Under the pieces are notes generated by a model that ran no database searches, had not been told where the DNA came from, and was given only the letters and a program-made list of their open reading frames with translations. This document shows positions 47,949 to 57,189 of a stretch of DNA of 57,189 nucleotides, piece after piece; position 1 is the first letter of the stretch, and the number at the start of each line of letters is the position of its first letter. Source of the DNA: a bacterium (GTDB lineage: Bacteria > Krumholzibacteriota > Krumholzibacteriia > LZORAL124-64-63); contig JANOEP010000022.1 of NCBI GenBank assembly GCA_031441465.1, positions 1 through 57,189 on the forward strand, given 5' to 3'. Made by a program: the position numbers and the translations under genes.

Positions 47949-48919
47949 GGCTCGATGCCGATCAACTCGGGCGGGCAGCCACCGATGCCGGCTTCCAGGC
48001 CGAGGCCTTCGAGAAAGTCTTGCACCTGGTCAATCTTCTGGATGCCCTCTTCAAGCATCCCTTTCTCGGCGACCGGCTGGCGCTCAAAGGCGGAACGGCG
48101 CTCAACCTTTTCGCCCTCGACCTGCCGCGCCTCTCGGTGGACATCGACCTGAACTACATCGGGGCCCTGGACCGCGAGACCATGCTCGAGGAGCGCCCCA
48201 AGATCGATCTGGCCGTGCAGGCGGTCTGTCAACGCCAGGGGCTGCGGGTTCGGCGAGTTCCCGATGAGCATGCCGGCGGCAAGTGGCGTCTCGCCTACGA
48301 CCGGACCTTGGGTGACACCGGGCGCATCGAGTTGGACCTCAATTTCCTCCTGCGGACGCCGCTTTGGACACCGGTCAGCATGGATTCGCCGGAATTTCTC
48401 GGGTTGTCTGCCCGGCGGATACCGGTGCTGGATCTGCATGAACTCGCAGGCGGCAAGTTGTCCGCTCTGTTCAGCCGCACCGCGAGCCGGGACCTCTTCG
48501 ACGCGGTTGGCATCCTGGCCCGGAACGATCTCGACCCCGCGAAGCTCCGCTTCGCCTTCGTGGCCTACGGAGCCATGAGTCGGCGGGACTGGCGCACGGT
48601 CTCCGTGTCGGACGTGGCGATGGCGCCGAAGGAGGCTGCACAGAGGTTGTTGCCGGTGTTGCGCTCGGACCACCTTCCCGCGCGGGGGGAGATCGAAACC
48701 TGGAGCTGCGGACTCGTTCAACAGTGCCGGGTGCTGCTCTCCCAAGTCCTTCCCTTCGAGCCCCACGAGCGTGAGTTCCTGGAACGTATCAACGGTCACG
48801 GCGAGATCCGTCCCGCTCTGATCACCGATGATGCGACGATGCAGGAGCGCCTCGCGACCCACCCCGCCCTGCTCTGGAAAGCCCAGAACGTCCGCAATTT
48901 CCGCCAGAGTGGCTCCTGA
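47945..48919 (+). CDS. abiEii: Type IV toxin-antitoxin AbiEii nucleotidyltransferase toxin (324 aa)
   Basis: LALKGGTALNLF...PRLSVDIDL, ELAGGKLSALFSR..SRDLFD. Confidence 0.93.
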   Translation: MRLDADQLGRAATDAGFQAEAFEKVLHLVNLLDALFKHPFLGDRLALKGGTALNLFALDLPRLSVDIDLNYIGALDRETMLEERPKIDLAVQAVCQRQGLRVRRVPDEHAGGKWRLAYDRTLGDTGRIELDLNFLLRTPLWTPVSMDSPEFLGLSARRIPVLDLHELAGGKLSALFSRTASRDLFDAVGILARNDLDPAKLRFAFVAYGAMSRRDWRTVSVSDVAMAPKEAAQRLLPVLRSDHLPARGEIETWSCGLVQQCRVLLSQVLPFEPHEREFLERINGHGEIRPALITDDATMQERLATHPALLWKAQNVRNFRQSGS

Positions 48920-49054
48920 AGTCAACAAGGATAGGCACTCGATACAACGATCACAGAGACCCTGAGAATAGGATTGCCAGGATCGACCTCTTAGACTTCA
49001 TTCATCTGGAAATCGGGCTGGATCAAGCGCAGCACGAAGGGAATTTTAGACTCC

Positions 49055-50563
49055 ATGACCGAAACCAACCCCTACTGCACGGCGTTGGGCATCAGCCCCC
49101 CCCGCCTCGAGGCGGTCAAAGAGCACCGCGAAGGCAACTACTACAGGTTCTTCATCGTTGCGCTACTGGAGCGGGGCGGGCCCATGACCCTCGCGGAAGC
49201 TGCGCAACGATTCGAAGAGGCGGGTGTGGCCTCTGCCGATCGCGCTCTCGCCTCGCTCAAGCGCTGCAAGCCGGGGCGACCCCCGATCTACCGTGATGGA
49301 GACCTCTATGCTCTGGATCCCCATGACGACAACGCGTCGCTCTGGGCCTTCCGCCTCGGCCTGAGGTCACCGCGGGCTCCTGCACTCCGAGTTGTTCGCC
49401 CCAATCCTGGGCTGCTCCCATCTCAGGAGACCCCGCTTAGCTTGGCTCATCTCGAAGAGGCCTGGCGCGGCGGCATCCCGGGAGGCTGGTCGGCCCAGCG
49501 GGTCGCGATCTGTGTCCTCGACGCCCACGGCATGGCCATGGAGTCGGAGGCGGTCTTGGCATTCACCCGTGCACGAGGCGGATGGTGCCGGCTTTCGGCC
49601 GGCTCTGCCGGCTACTGGCGAAGCGGTTCCCCGATCCTGTTGTCGCAAGACGGCCTGTGGGTGCTCGACGCTCGACACAGTGCCGTCTCTTCTGCCCGAC
49701 GGGCGGTGATCGACCGAATCGAGATGATGCGGCGTTGGCAACGCCTGCAGCCCGACGCGGCGGTCATCCAGGCCAACCAGAATCGCTTCGAGAGGGACCG
49801 TGAAGCGCAGGCGGCGCGATTGGCCGGCATGCGCCGCGTCATCGTCCACGCGTTCCCGGCTGGAAAGCCCGAGGCGGTCGTGCTCCTGGACGTCGAGCGG
49901 CGGGAAACCACGACGCTGCTGGGTGAGGAGGTCGCCGGGGCCGGGGAGAAGCTCCTCGAATACGACATCATCGCTGCCGTGGATGTGCGGGCTTTGCTGC
50001 GACATCTGGATTTCGACCCCGGGGAGCGGCGGCTGGGTGAGTTGGGTCCACCGCAGAAGACGATGCAGATCAACCGGCAAGGTCGGAAGCTCCGCATCAC
50101 GCTTGATCTGTTGATCCGGAGTTCCTGCGGCATCAGCCGTCCCCTCGGTGACGCGAAAACGCTGCGCGGCTACCTCCATCGCCGCGAGTTCATCAAGCTG
50201 AAACGCCGGCTCGAAGCAGACGCCAAGTCCCTGTTTGCCCTCTACCAGTATGGGCGCCTCCACGGCGTGGTGCGGCTCTGTTGGGGCCATCATGACGAGA
50301 GAATCGCGGCTCCTTGGGTGCATAGGGTGGAACCGACACTCTACGAACTCATGCGGCGCGCGCACGACCTCGATCAGCCGCTGGACATCGTGGTCGGGAG
50401 CGCGCCGAGGTGGAGCGATCCGTGGGCGCGGGTCCAGCAAGCGTATGTCGACATGTACGACGGTGGATGGCAAAAGTGGCTTGTGGACGCGCAAGGCTGT
50501 GTGATCGACGATCAGGACGTCCAGCTTGCGAGACTCTGGAAACAGGAGACGCCCGAGATATGA
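49055..50563 (+). CDS. Conserved hypothetical protein X, copy 2 (502 aa)
   Basis: Paralog of 44844..46352 with shared blocks ALASLKRCKPGR.PIYRDGDLYALDPHDD, FDPGERRLGELGPPQKTMQINRQGR, DAKSLFALYQYGRLHG. Confidence 0.9.
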   Translation: MTETNPYCTALGISPPRLEAVKEHREGNYYRFFIVALLERGGPMTLAEAAQRFEEAGVASADRALASLKRCKPGRPPIYRDGDLYALDPHDDNASLWAFRLGLRSPRAPALRVVRPNPGLLPSQETPLSLAHLEEAWRGGIPGGWSAQRVAICVLDAHGMAMESEAVLAFTRARGGWCRLSAGSAGYWRSGSPILLSQDGLWVLDARHSAVSSARRAVIDRIEMMRRWQRLQPDAAVIQANQNRFERDREAQAARLAGMRRVIVHAFPAGKPEAVVLLDVERRETTTLLGEEVAGAGEKLLEYDIIAAVDVRALLRHLDFDPGERRLGELGPPQKTMQINRQGRKLRITLDLLIRSSCGISRPLGDAKTLRGYLHRREFIKLKRRLEADAKSLFALYQYGRLHGVVRLCWGHHDERIAAPWVHRVEPTLYELMRRAHDLDQPLDIVVGSAPRWSDPWARVQQAYVDMYDGGWQKWLVDAQGCVIDDQDVQLARLWKQETPEI

Positions 50564-52200
50564 GAAAGCGGTGGCCGCCTCGGGGAAGGAGGGAATCCGA
50601 TGAACACCACGAGCTGAACAGTGCCCTCGCCGCCATGACCGCCGAAGAGCTCAGGGAATTCGTGCGCGAACTGCTGGGCGGTCCTGACGACGCGCCGCGA
50701 GACTTGCTCGTGGACTCTCTGGTCGCACATGCTGCCAGGAGTCGTTCTGGGTGGAAGCCGGCGATGCCGATCGGCGACGTACTTGATGAGGTGCGGGTTT
50801 TCGCCGAAGCCGCGTTTCATGCCGGTGGGGCGGATCCGGATCAGACGGACAACTATCTCCGCCTTGGAACGAGAGCGTTCCTCGCCGGCGAGTATGCAAC
50901 GGCTCGCGAGATCTTCGGCACCATTTTGCCTCCGCTTTCCAACGCCGAAATCGATCTCGGTCAGCATGAGATCGTCGACGAAGTGCTCACGGTCGAAGTT
51001 CAGAACTGCGCCGAGCAGTACGTCGCATGCGTCTACATGACCTCGCCGCTCGATGACCGAGTGGAAGCGATCGCCAAAGCGCTGACGGAGGTCGACGGAA
51101 TCGCCTTGATCTGGGAGCCAATCCTCATGCTCGAGCAGACGGTTGCCGGCCCGCTCCCGCAGTTCGCAACTTTTCTGCCTCGATGGCTGCAGTATCTCGA
51201 AGGTCTGCCTTCAACCGATCGCGAGTGGGACGGTGCTCACGACAGACAGCTACGCGAGGCTGTTCTGCAGCTCGAAGGTGCGGCCGGCCTCGAGCGGATC
51301 GCCCGGAAGTTCGGCAAGCCCGGGGCATTACAGGCCTGGTGCGAAGCGCTTGCGGGTGCGGGAGACTGGCTCGGGCTTCTGAACGCCTGCAGTGTCGCCG
51401 TCGAAATGCTCGGTACATCCGACTGGAGAGGGATGTTCCTGGATGGTGCGGCCGTCGCGGCGAAGCAGCTCGGCCATGACGACGCCGTCGACCGACTCGA
51501 AACCGCCTGGCTCGGCGCCCCGTCCATGGAGCGCCTTCTGCGTTGGTTGGGGGCCCAGTCCCCCGATGCCGGCACGGTCGAGCTCAGCGCCAGGAGGGCG
51601 ATCGGAGCTTGCCCAAATGAATCGGGAAGGCAACTGGGCTTTCTGCATCTACTCTCCGGTGACGTTGTGGCTGCGGCGACACTTCTGACGTGGGCTTCCG
51701 GCTTGGGTTGGTCGAACGAGGACCATCCGGGCTACGTGCTTTTCCCTGCTTTTGCCGGCTTGCTGGCTAAGGGAACAGGTGCGGAACTCGCCCCTCAGGT
51801 CTATGCGGGCCTCGACGTAGCGCCCTGGGATGCGGGGGGCTTCAGTCGGCTTGATGGAGCCGGGGTGGAGATGGCGCCGTTGCTCGAGGCTCCAACAGTC
51901 CTGGCCCTGATCGAAACGGCATGGTGCAGCAGAAAGATCGATTTGCGGGATCGCCGGATCATGCTCGACGCCATGCGTGCGGCAGCCGCCGCTCGCACGG
52001 CGAAAATCCTGGAGAACAAGCGCCGCCGCCACTACGACCGCGTCGCGGTGATGGTCGCCTGCTGCCTCGAACTCGCCCCTGTCGCCGAGGAGCGGGATTT
52101 CGTCGCAGCCTGGTTTGGCGATCTGCGCAAGAGGTATTCACGATTTTCGGCGTTCCAGGCAGAACTCCGGCATGCGCTCGACTCGATTCGGGTAGTGTGA
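50560..52200 (+). CDS. Alpha-helical hypothetical protein Y (546 aa), translationally coupled to X copy 2
   Basis: CAGGAG RBS and ATGA overlap. Helical-repeat character; the C-terminus RRRHYDRVA...RKRYSRFSAFQAEL resembles the tail of SWIM-associated proteins. Confidence 0.8.
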   Translation: MRKRWPPRGRRESDEHHELNSALAAMTAEELREFVRELLGGPDDAPRDLLVDSLVAHAARSRSGWKPAMPIGDVLDEVRVFAEAAFHAGGADPDQTDNYLRLGTRAFLAGEYATAREIFGTILPPLSNAEIDLGQHEIVDEVLTVEVQNCAEQYVACVYMTSPLDDRVEAIAKALTEVDGIALIWEPILMLEQTVAGPLPQFATFLPRWLQYLEGLPSTDREWDGAHDRQLREAVLQLEGAAGLERIARKFGKPGALQAWCEALAGAGDWLGLLNACSVAVEMLGTSDWRGMFLDGAAVAAKQLGHDDAVDRLETAWLGAPSMERLLRWLGAQSPDAGTVELSARRAIGACPNESGRQLGFLHLLSGDVVAAATLLTWASGLGWSNEDHPGYVLFPAFAGLLAKGTGAELAPQVYAGLDVAPWDAGGFSRLDGAGVEMAPLLEAPTVLALIETAWCSRKIDLRDRRIMLDAMRAAAAARTAKILENKRRRHYDRVAVMVACCLELAPVAEERDFVAAWFGDLRKRYSRFSAFQAELRHALDSIRVV

Positions 52201-52245
52201 ACTCCTGATGATCATGCCGAACGGCGTAGAAGCGGAGGTCCGACA

Positions 52246-53271
52246 GTGATTGAGCAAAGTGGGACCAACAGCGAACCGGCTCGAGTTCCACCCGAGTCGC
52301 TCTCCCGCGCCCGCTCCTGCCTCCTGGGCCAACTCGCCGGCGACGCCCTCGGAAGCCTCGTCGAATTCCAAACCTCCGCCGAAATCCGCCGCAACTACCC
52401 CAACGGCGTCCGCGACCTCGCCGACGGTGGCCGCTGGAACACGATCGCCGGCCAACCCACCGACGACTCCGAGCTCGCCCTGTTGCTCGCCCGCCTGCTG
52501 ATCGAACGCGACGGCTACGACCCCGCCGCCGCCCGCGAGGCCTACGTCTACTGGTTGGACTCCGAACCCTTCGACATCGGCGGTACCATCCGCAGAGGAC
52601 TGCGCGGCCGCCTCGACCCAACGAGCCAAGCCAACGGCGCCTTGATGCGCATCAGCCCCCTGGGCACCTTCGGCGCCCGCCACGAACTCGACCCTCCCGC
52701 CCTGGCTCGCCTGGCGTCGTGGGCCGACCAGGACGCCGCCCTGACCCACCCCCACCCGGTCTGCCGCCAGGCCAACGCCCTCTACGTGATGGCCATCGCC
52801 TGGGCCGTCCGCCACGGCGGCGCTCCCGCGGAACTCTACACGCGGATCCTCGACTGGTCCCGCGAGCTGGACGTCGCGCCGAGCCTGTCGGCGGCGATCG
52901 CCGGCGCCGCCGACGCGCCGCCCGCCGACTACCTCCACCAGCAGGGCTGGGTCCTGATCGCCCTGCGCAACGCACTCTGGCAGCTCCTGCACGCCCCGAA
53001 CCTCGAAGAAGCCGTCGTCGACACCGTCATGCGCGGCGGCGACACCGACACCAACGCCGCCATCTGCGGCGCGTTGCTGGGGGCGGTCCACGGCGGCGAC
53101 ACCGTGCCGGCGCGGTGGGTCGCGAAGATCCTGGCCTGCCGGCCGGCGGCCGGCGACCCGCGGGTGCGCCAGCCGCGGCCGGAGTGCTTCTGGCCTGTGG
53201 ATGCGATGGAGTTGGCGGATCGGTTGGTTGCGGGGATGCGGCATGATGATCAAGGCAGGCGAGTATATTGA
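52246..53271 (+). CDS. ADP-ribosylglycohydrolase (DraG/ARH family, 341 aa)
   Basis: GGAGG RBS, GQLAGDALG, GQPTDDSE, FDIG, ANGALMR, LTH, GGDTDTNAAICGALLGA. Confidence 0.95.
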   Translation: MIEQSGTNSEPARVPPESLSRARSCLLGQLAGDALGSLVEFQTSAEIRRNYPNGVRDLADGGRWNTIAGQPTDDSELALLLARLLIERDGYDPAAAREAYVYWLDSEPFDIGGTIRRGLRGRLDPTSQANGALMRISPLGTFGARHELDPPALARLASWADQDAALTHPHPVCRQANALYVMAIAWAVRHGGAPAELYTRILDWSRELDVAPSLSAAIAGAADAPPADYLHQQGWVLIALRNALWQLLHAPNLEEAVVDTVMRGGDTDTNAAICGALLGAVHGGDTVPARWVAKILACRPAAGDPRVRQPRPECFWPVDAMELADRLVAGMRHDDQGRRVY

Positions 53272-53456
53272 AGGCACGGGAAGAAAACCGAGAAAGCACC
53301 ACATCCCGATCATTGCATTTCCGTACCCGCCTATACTGCCCTGCAAGTGCAATATAGCACTATCAGCGCATAATTGTCTTGCAAGTACAGACAAATGTGG
53401 CTATCGTGCCACCAGAGGATGACCTCGACAAGCGAGAAATTCCAAGAGGTGGGGCA

Positions 53457-54488
53457 ATGAACGAATCCGATCTCAACCGCGAGCATGTGATCGTCGAGAT
53501 CGAAGAGAAGCTTTCTGCATTGCGAGACTTCAGGGACACGATGGTGCGGCTTGCGCAGACCCTCGATGATCAGTCATCGAAAAGCGGATACATCCTTCTG
53601 ATCGATCCCAAGGTGAGTTCGTCGAGACTAAACAGCGAATTTCACGCGACCCTTCGTGCGCTCAGACCTGATCTGGCTCAGAGAATCCACATGGTGACGC
53701 TGACGAACGGGATCATACAGGAGGGGGCGCGGAACCTCCCGATTTCCATCGAGGAACTCCTTGAGGACTACACACCGACGACGCTTCCATCCTCAGGCAG
53801 TTTGCCGCGTCCGGATATGCAGTCTGAAGTGCTTCGTTTCATACTGCTCCAGTGGTTCTTGGGCCGAGGGCCTCTGACTTCCGATGCCATTGTCAACGAA
53901 GTCGGCTGCAACTACCGCACCGTGGTGCGCACGGTCGCAAGACTGGGGAACTCGGTTCGGCGCGGATCTGATCGCAGTATAGAACTACAGCGGTTTCCTT
54001 ATGATTTATGGAATGAGATAACAGCGATGTCAAAGAAGGCCAGGAGCACCATCAACTATACAGATTATTCGGATCAACCGAGATCTATGGAATCGCTATA
54101 TAATCGGATCGCAGGGATTAAAAGGGGTGACGTCGCATTCGGGGGTGTCTTGGGAGTAAATGCCCATTTCCCGATGCTGGATGTGCTCGGGACACCACGC
54201 CTTGACATTAGCCTCCACGCATTTGGCGGCAACTACGTGCCGTTGCGCCTTGAGGAGATCGACCCCGGCCTACGGCCCACAACTGATCCGGGGCGCCCTG
54301 TTCGGATCGCGTTGCACCATCTGAGGCGCAAGTCCCCCTGCTTCACCGAACAGCCCGATGGAGTCCTGGTAGCGGACCCGGTCGAGTGTCTTCTTGATCT
54401 CCTGGAGGCTGGACTCACGCCTCAGGCGTCGAGCTTCCTTGCACATCTCGAAAAGCAGGAGATGGTGAAGCATGGGCAGCAGCAGTAA
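53457..54488 (+). CDS. Putative AbiEi-like antitoxin with central winged helix (343 aa)
   Basis: GAGGTG RBS, HTH-like LTSDAIVNEVGCNYRTV...ARL, AFGGVLG, C-terminal ADPVECLLDL. Overlaps the next gene and has lower GC. Confidence 0.6.
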   Translation: MNESDLNREHVIVEIEEKLSALRDFRDTMVRLAQTLDDQSSKSGYILLIDPKVSSSRLNSEFHATLRALRPDLAQRIHMVTLTNGIIQEGARNLPISIEELLEDYTPTTLPSSGSLPRPDMQSEVLRFILLQWFLGRGPLTSDAIVNEVGCNYRTVVRTVARLGNSVRRGSDRSIELQRFPYDLWNEITAMSKKARSTINYTDYSDQPRSMESLYNRIAGIKRGDVAFGGVLGVNAHFPMLDVLGTPRLDISLHAFGGNYVPLRLEEIDPGLRPTTDPGRPVRIALHHLRRKSPCFTEQPDGVLVADPVECLLDLLEAGLTPQASSFLAHLEKQEMVKHGQQQ

Positions 54489-55407
54489 CCCATTGAATGG
54501 GATTCCACCCTCCGCGGTTCTCCAGGAGATCGCGTCAGCGATTCCGGAGCGGACGAAAGCAAACCTCATCATCATTGGCAGCCTGGCGGTGGGATACCAC
54601 TACTTTGGCCGAGCGGACAAGATGGCCGTCCGTACGAAGGACGCTGATTGCCTCCTGGTTCCCTATATTGAGGCCGTTGAAGCTGGACGTGCGATTACAG
54701 ACGACTTGATGAGCGCCGGTTGGGAGATGCGGGCGGATGTGGATTTCGGCCAGCCGGGCGCTCCAGGTACTGCCGATGAGAACTTGCCGGTGGTCCGCCT
54801 TCATCCCCCAGGTAGCACCGACTGGTTCATTGAGCTTCTGACCGAACCAGCATCGCCCGAGGAACGCCAGAAGAAGAACCATCGGATGTCCACATCAAAG
54901 GGGGACTTTGCCCTGCCCAGCTTTGGATACCTGGCATTGACGAGTTTCTGGCCGATGATGACCGACTTCGGTATTCGGATAGCCCGCCCCCAGATGATGG
55001 CTTTGGCCAATCTGCTCGAGCACCCGGCGATCGGAGATGCGACGATGTCGCGGGGATTTGCAAACCGGATCGAGATCAAGAGAGCCAACAAAGACCTTGG
55101 GCGCGTGATCGCCATCGCCCGGCTAGAGACCCAAGGAGACGAAGACGCACTATTGCGTTGGCCGCAGGAATGGAAAGAGGCGCTTCAGAAACGGTACGCA
55201 CGTGACTGGCGGGAGCTGGCCCGGCGTGCTGGTGATGGCATGCGACAGTTGCTGGCTAGCCCTACGGACCTCGAGCAGGCCCACTTCACGTGCTACATGG
55301 GACTGCTGGCCGATATGCCACCGACCTTTGAGGCATTTGAAATAGATGGTCGGCGCCTTGTGGCTGATGCGCTTGACAAACTGCGGCTCATGGCCGACGC
55401 GGAATAA
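54472..55407 (+). CDS. Putative nucleotidyltransferase (AbiEii/MenT-like, 311 aa)
   Basis: AGGAG RBS, IIIGSLA...VRTKDAD (G-S...DxD polymerase-beta motif), KRANKDLGR. Confidence 0.65.
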   Translation: MGSSSNPLNGIPPSAVLQEIASAIPERTKANLIIIGSLAVGYHYFGRADKMAVRTKDADCLLVPYIEAVEAGRAITDDLMSAGWEMRADVDFGQPGAPGTADENLPVVRLHPPGSTDWFIELLTEPASPEERQKKNHRMSTSKGDFALPSFGYLALTSFWPMMTDFGIRIARPQMMALANLLEHPAIGDATMSRGFANRIEIKRANKDLGRVIAIARLETQGDEDALLRWPQEWKEALQKRYARDWRELARRAGDGMRQLLASPTDLEQAHFTCYMGLLADMPPTFEAFEIDGRRLVADALDKLRLMADAE

Positions 55408-55643
55408 TCCACTGTCGACACGCTCATGCGCGGCGGCCCATGTCAGCAGGATTTTCGGTAGGATAGAGCGCGACGGATTGCTGTGTTCAGCCCAACCTTG
55501 ATCTGTTCACGCCGCCCCCGCCCCGAGAGCAGGCTCTTGGGCGGTCCCTGGCCGACAATGCTATTCCCATGCTATCTTGACTGCTGCGCCCGGGACCAAC
55601 ACCCACCGCGCGCATGCTGCCTCCCACCACCACCGGGGTCGAG

Positions 55644-57189
55644 ATGCCGCCTTCGCGCACGCCGCCGACCCTGCCCCGCCCCCCGCACCTCCTGACCACG
55701 ATCCTGATATCCGTCTTCCTCGCCGCCCCGCTCGCCCGTGCCGCCCCCCCACCCCCCGCCTACGTCCCCAACGAAGCCGCCGCCTGGAAAGGCTACCCCG
55801 TCGCCTCCCTGAAGGTCTCCGACCTCCCCGGCGACCTCTCCGACCAGCTGCGCAGCGGCCTCGCGCTCGCTGCGGGCGGCGGCCTGTTCGGCGGCGGCAA
55901 GCCCCGCTTCTACCCCGCGACGCTGGATGAGGACCTGCGGCGCGCGCACCTGTTGCTGGCGCGCCGGGGCTACCCGCGGGCCGTCCTGAGCGTCGGCTTT
56001 GCGGGCGCCGACCACGATGAGGCCGTGGCGATCGTGCTGACGGTGGAGCCGGGCGAGCCGGTGCTCGTGCGCAGCCTCGCCCTCGAGGGTCTGCCAGAGA
56101 ACCTGACCGCGGTACAGCGCGACAGGGCCCACCGTCTCGTGCGGACCGCGGCCGGCCGGATCTTCGACGACGATCTGCTGGAGGTCGACCGCCTGGCGCT
56201 CGTCGCGCTGCTGCGCGACGCCGGCCACGCGTCGGCGCAGGTGGTTCCCCGCGTGGTCTGGATCGACTCGCTGCTCGTCGACGCCGCGCTGGTCGCGGAG
56301 CCCGGGCCCGTGCACCGGTTCGGCGAGGTGGACCCCGGCCCGATCGCTGCCGACCTGATCCCCCTGGTGCGCCACAGCTCGGGACTGCGACGTGGCGACC
56401 TCTACTCGACGCGCGCGCTGCAGCAGGCCGAAGAAAACATCCGGCGGCTCGAGCTGTTCCGGCAGGTCCGCCTGGACACCCGCCCCGCGGCGGCCGAGAC
56501 GCTCGACGTCGTGGCCGAGCTGCAGCCCGCGCCGATGCGCACCCTCACCACGAGCGTGGGCTGGTGGAGCGACGACCAGGTGCGGCTGGCTGCGTCGTGG
56601 AAGGACCGCAACCTGCTGCATGCCGGCCGCGGGCTCGGCGTGCAGGCCTCGTACTCCCGTTTCCGGCAGGACGCGAGCGTGACGGCCTGGCGCCCGGCCT
56701 TTCCCGGTCCGCGCTCGGGGCTCTCGACCACGCTCGGCGTGTCGCGCGAGTCCGAGGCGGCCTACACCCTGCGCTCGGCGAAGCTGACCACCGCGCTGTC
56801 CTGGCGTCCGACCTTCGTCGACCTGCTCGGCCTCTCGCTGTCCTTCGGCCGGCAGTCGCTCGACGTGGGGCCCGTGCCGAACGACGCCTTCCTCGAACGC
56901 GACGGCAACCTCACCTTATTGTCGGGGTTCTGGTCGCGCGACGCTGCCGATGACCGACTCCACCCGACCCGCGGCGGCGTGTCGCGCGCGCAGGTGGCCG
57001 TCACGCCGCCGGGTCCGCTGTCGGACTTCCACTTCCTGACCGCCGAGGTCGAGCGCATCCAGTACCGGCCGCTCGGCCGCGCGGTCCTGGCCGCGCGCGC
57101 CGGCTTGGGCTGGGGCCGGCCGCTCGCGGGCGACCTCGACCTGCCGCCCAACGTGCGCTTCTTCGCCGGCGGCTCCACCTCCATGCGCG
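55644..57189 (+). CDS. Omp85-family (TamA/BamA-like) outer-membrane protein, 3'-truncated; absent from the ORF track
   Basis: Own translation from ATG 55644: signal peptide, POTRA-like LARRGY...VEPGEP, DAGH...EPGPVHRFG, GDLYS...LELFRQV, then DRNL...G and the barrel, ending RFFAGGSTSMR at the window edge. Confidence 0.88.
   Translation, partial: MPPSRTPPTLPRPPHLLTTILISVFLAAPLARAAPPPPAYVPNEAAAWKGYPVASLKVSDLPGDLSDQLRSGLALAAGGGLFGGGKPRFYPATLDEDLRRAHLLLARRGYPRAVLSVGFAGADHDEAVAIVLTVEPGEPVLVRSLALEGLPENLTAVQRDRAHRLVRTAAGRIFDDDLLEVDRLALVALLRDAGHASAQVVPRVVWIDSLLVDAALVAEPGPVHRFGEVDPGPIAADLIPLVRHSSGLRRGDLYSTRALQQAEENIRRLELFRQVRLDTRPAAAETLDVVAELQPAPMRTLTTSVGWWSDDQVRLAASWKDRNLLHAGRGLGVQASYSRFRQDASVTAWRPAFPGPRSGLSTTLGVSRESEAAYTLRSAKLTTALSWRPTFVDLLGLSLSFGRQSLDVGPVPNDAFLERDGNLTLLSGFWSRDAADDRLHPTRGGVSRAQVAVTPPGPLSDFHFLTAEVERIQYRPLGRAVLAARAGLGWGRPLAGDLDLPPNVRFFAGGSTSMR

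Larger units (their letters stand above)
43800..55440. other. Defence-type accessory island (boundaries approximate)
   Basis: Cluster of a restriction-type HNH nuclease, toxin-antitoxin genes and unknown genes, with mosaic lower-GC blocks and AT-rich spacers. No integrase was seen. Confidence 0.75.

Noticed and set aside
43800..55440. Prophage, integron or transposon as the vehicle for the island
   Set aside because: I found no integrase, transposase, phage genes, attC-like sites or terminal inverted repeats in the window.

Overview
This is a high-GC bacterial window with about 40 genes. Four secreted proteins end in a PNPFNP...FlgD-type C-terminal domain and two end in a (S/T)WGxIKx(L/I)Y(K/R) tail, which suggests an uncultured FCB-group lineage such as Krumholzibacteriota, Latescibacterota or Eisenbacteria (inference). 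From left to right: a 5'-truncated metH with an abrupt codon-usage shift; an M28 peptidase; a tightly coupled five-gene operon (SH3 protein, M48 lipoprotein, CHASE2 adenylate cyclase, MBL hydrolase, MscS-cNMP channel) that looks like a self-contained cAMP circuit; envelope and secreted-protein genes (DUF5916-like, AsmA, a transglutaminase-like pair, four FlgD-tailed proteins); NRAMP-like and CDF metal transporters; a three-gene porin-cytochrome cluster (beta-barrel, 12-heme cytochrome, and a 28-heme lipoprotein built from 14 tandem diheme repeats); a defence-type island at about 43.8-55.4 kb; and a partial Omp85 (TamA/BamA) gene. The island holds an SBD-HNH nuclease, two paralogous 502-aa unknown genes, an orphan hicB, AbiE, an ADP-ribosylglycohydrolase and a second AbiE-like pair. 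The best candidates for undescribed systems are the 28-heme conduit, the cAMP operon and the duplicated unknown island gene with its partner. I found no rRNA, tRNA, CRISPR array, integrase or transposase. All domain calls come from motif recognition by eye; no database search was run.
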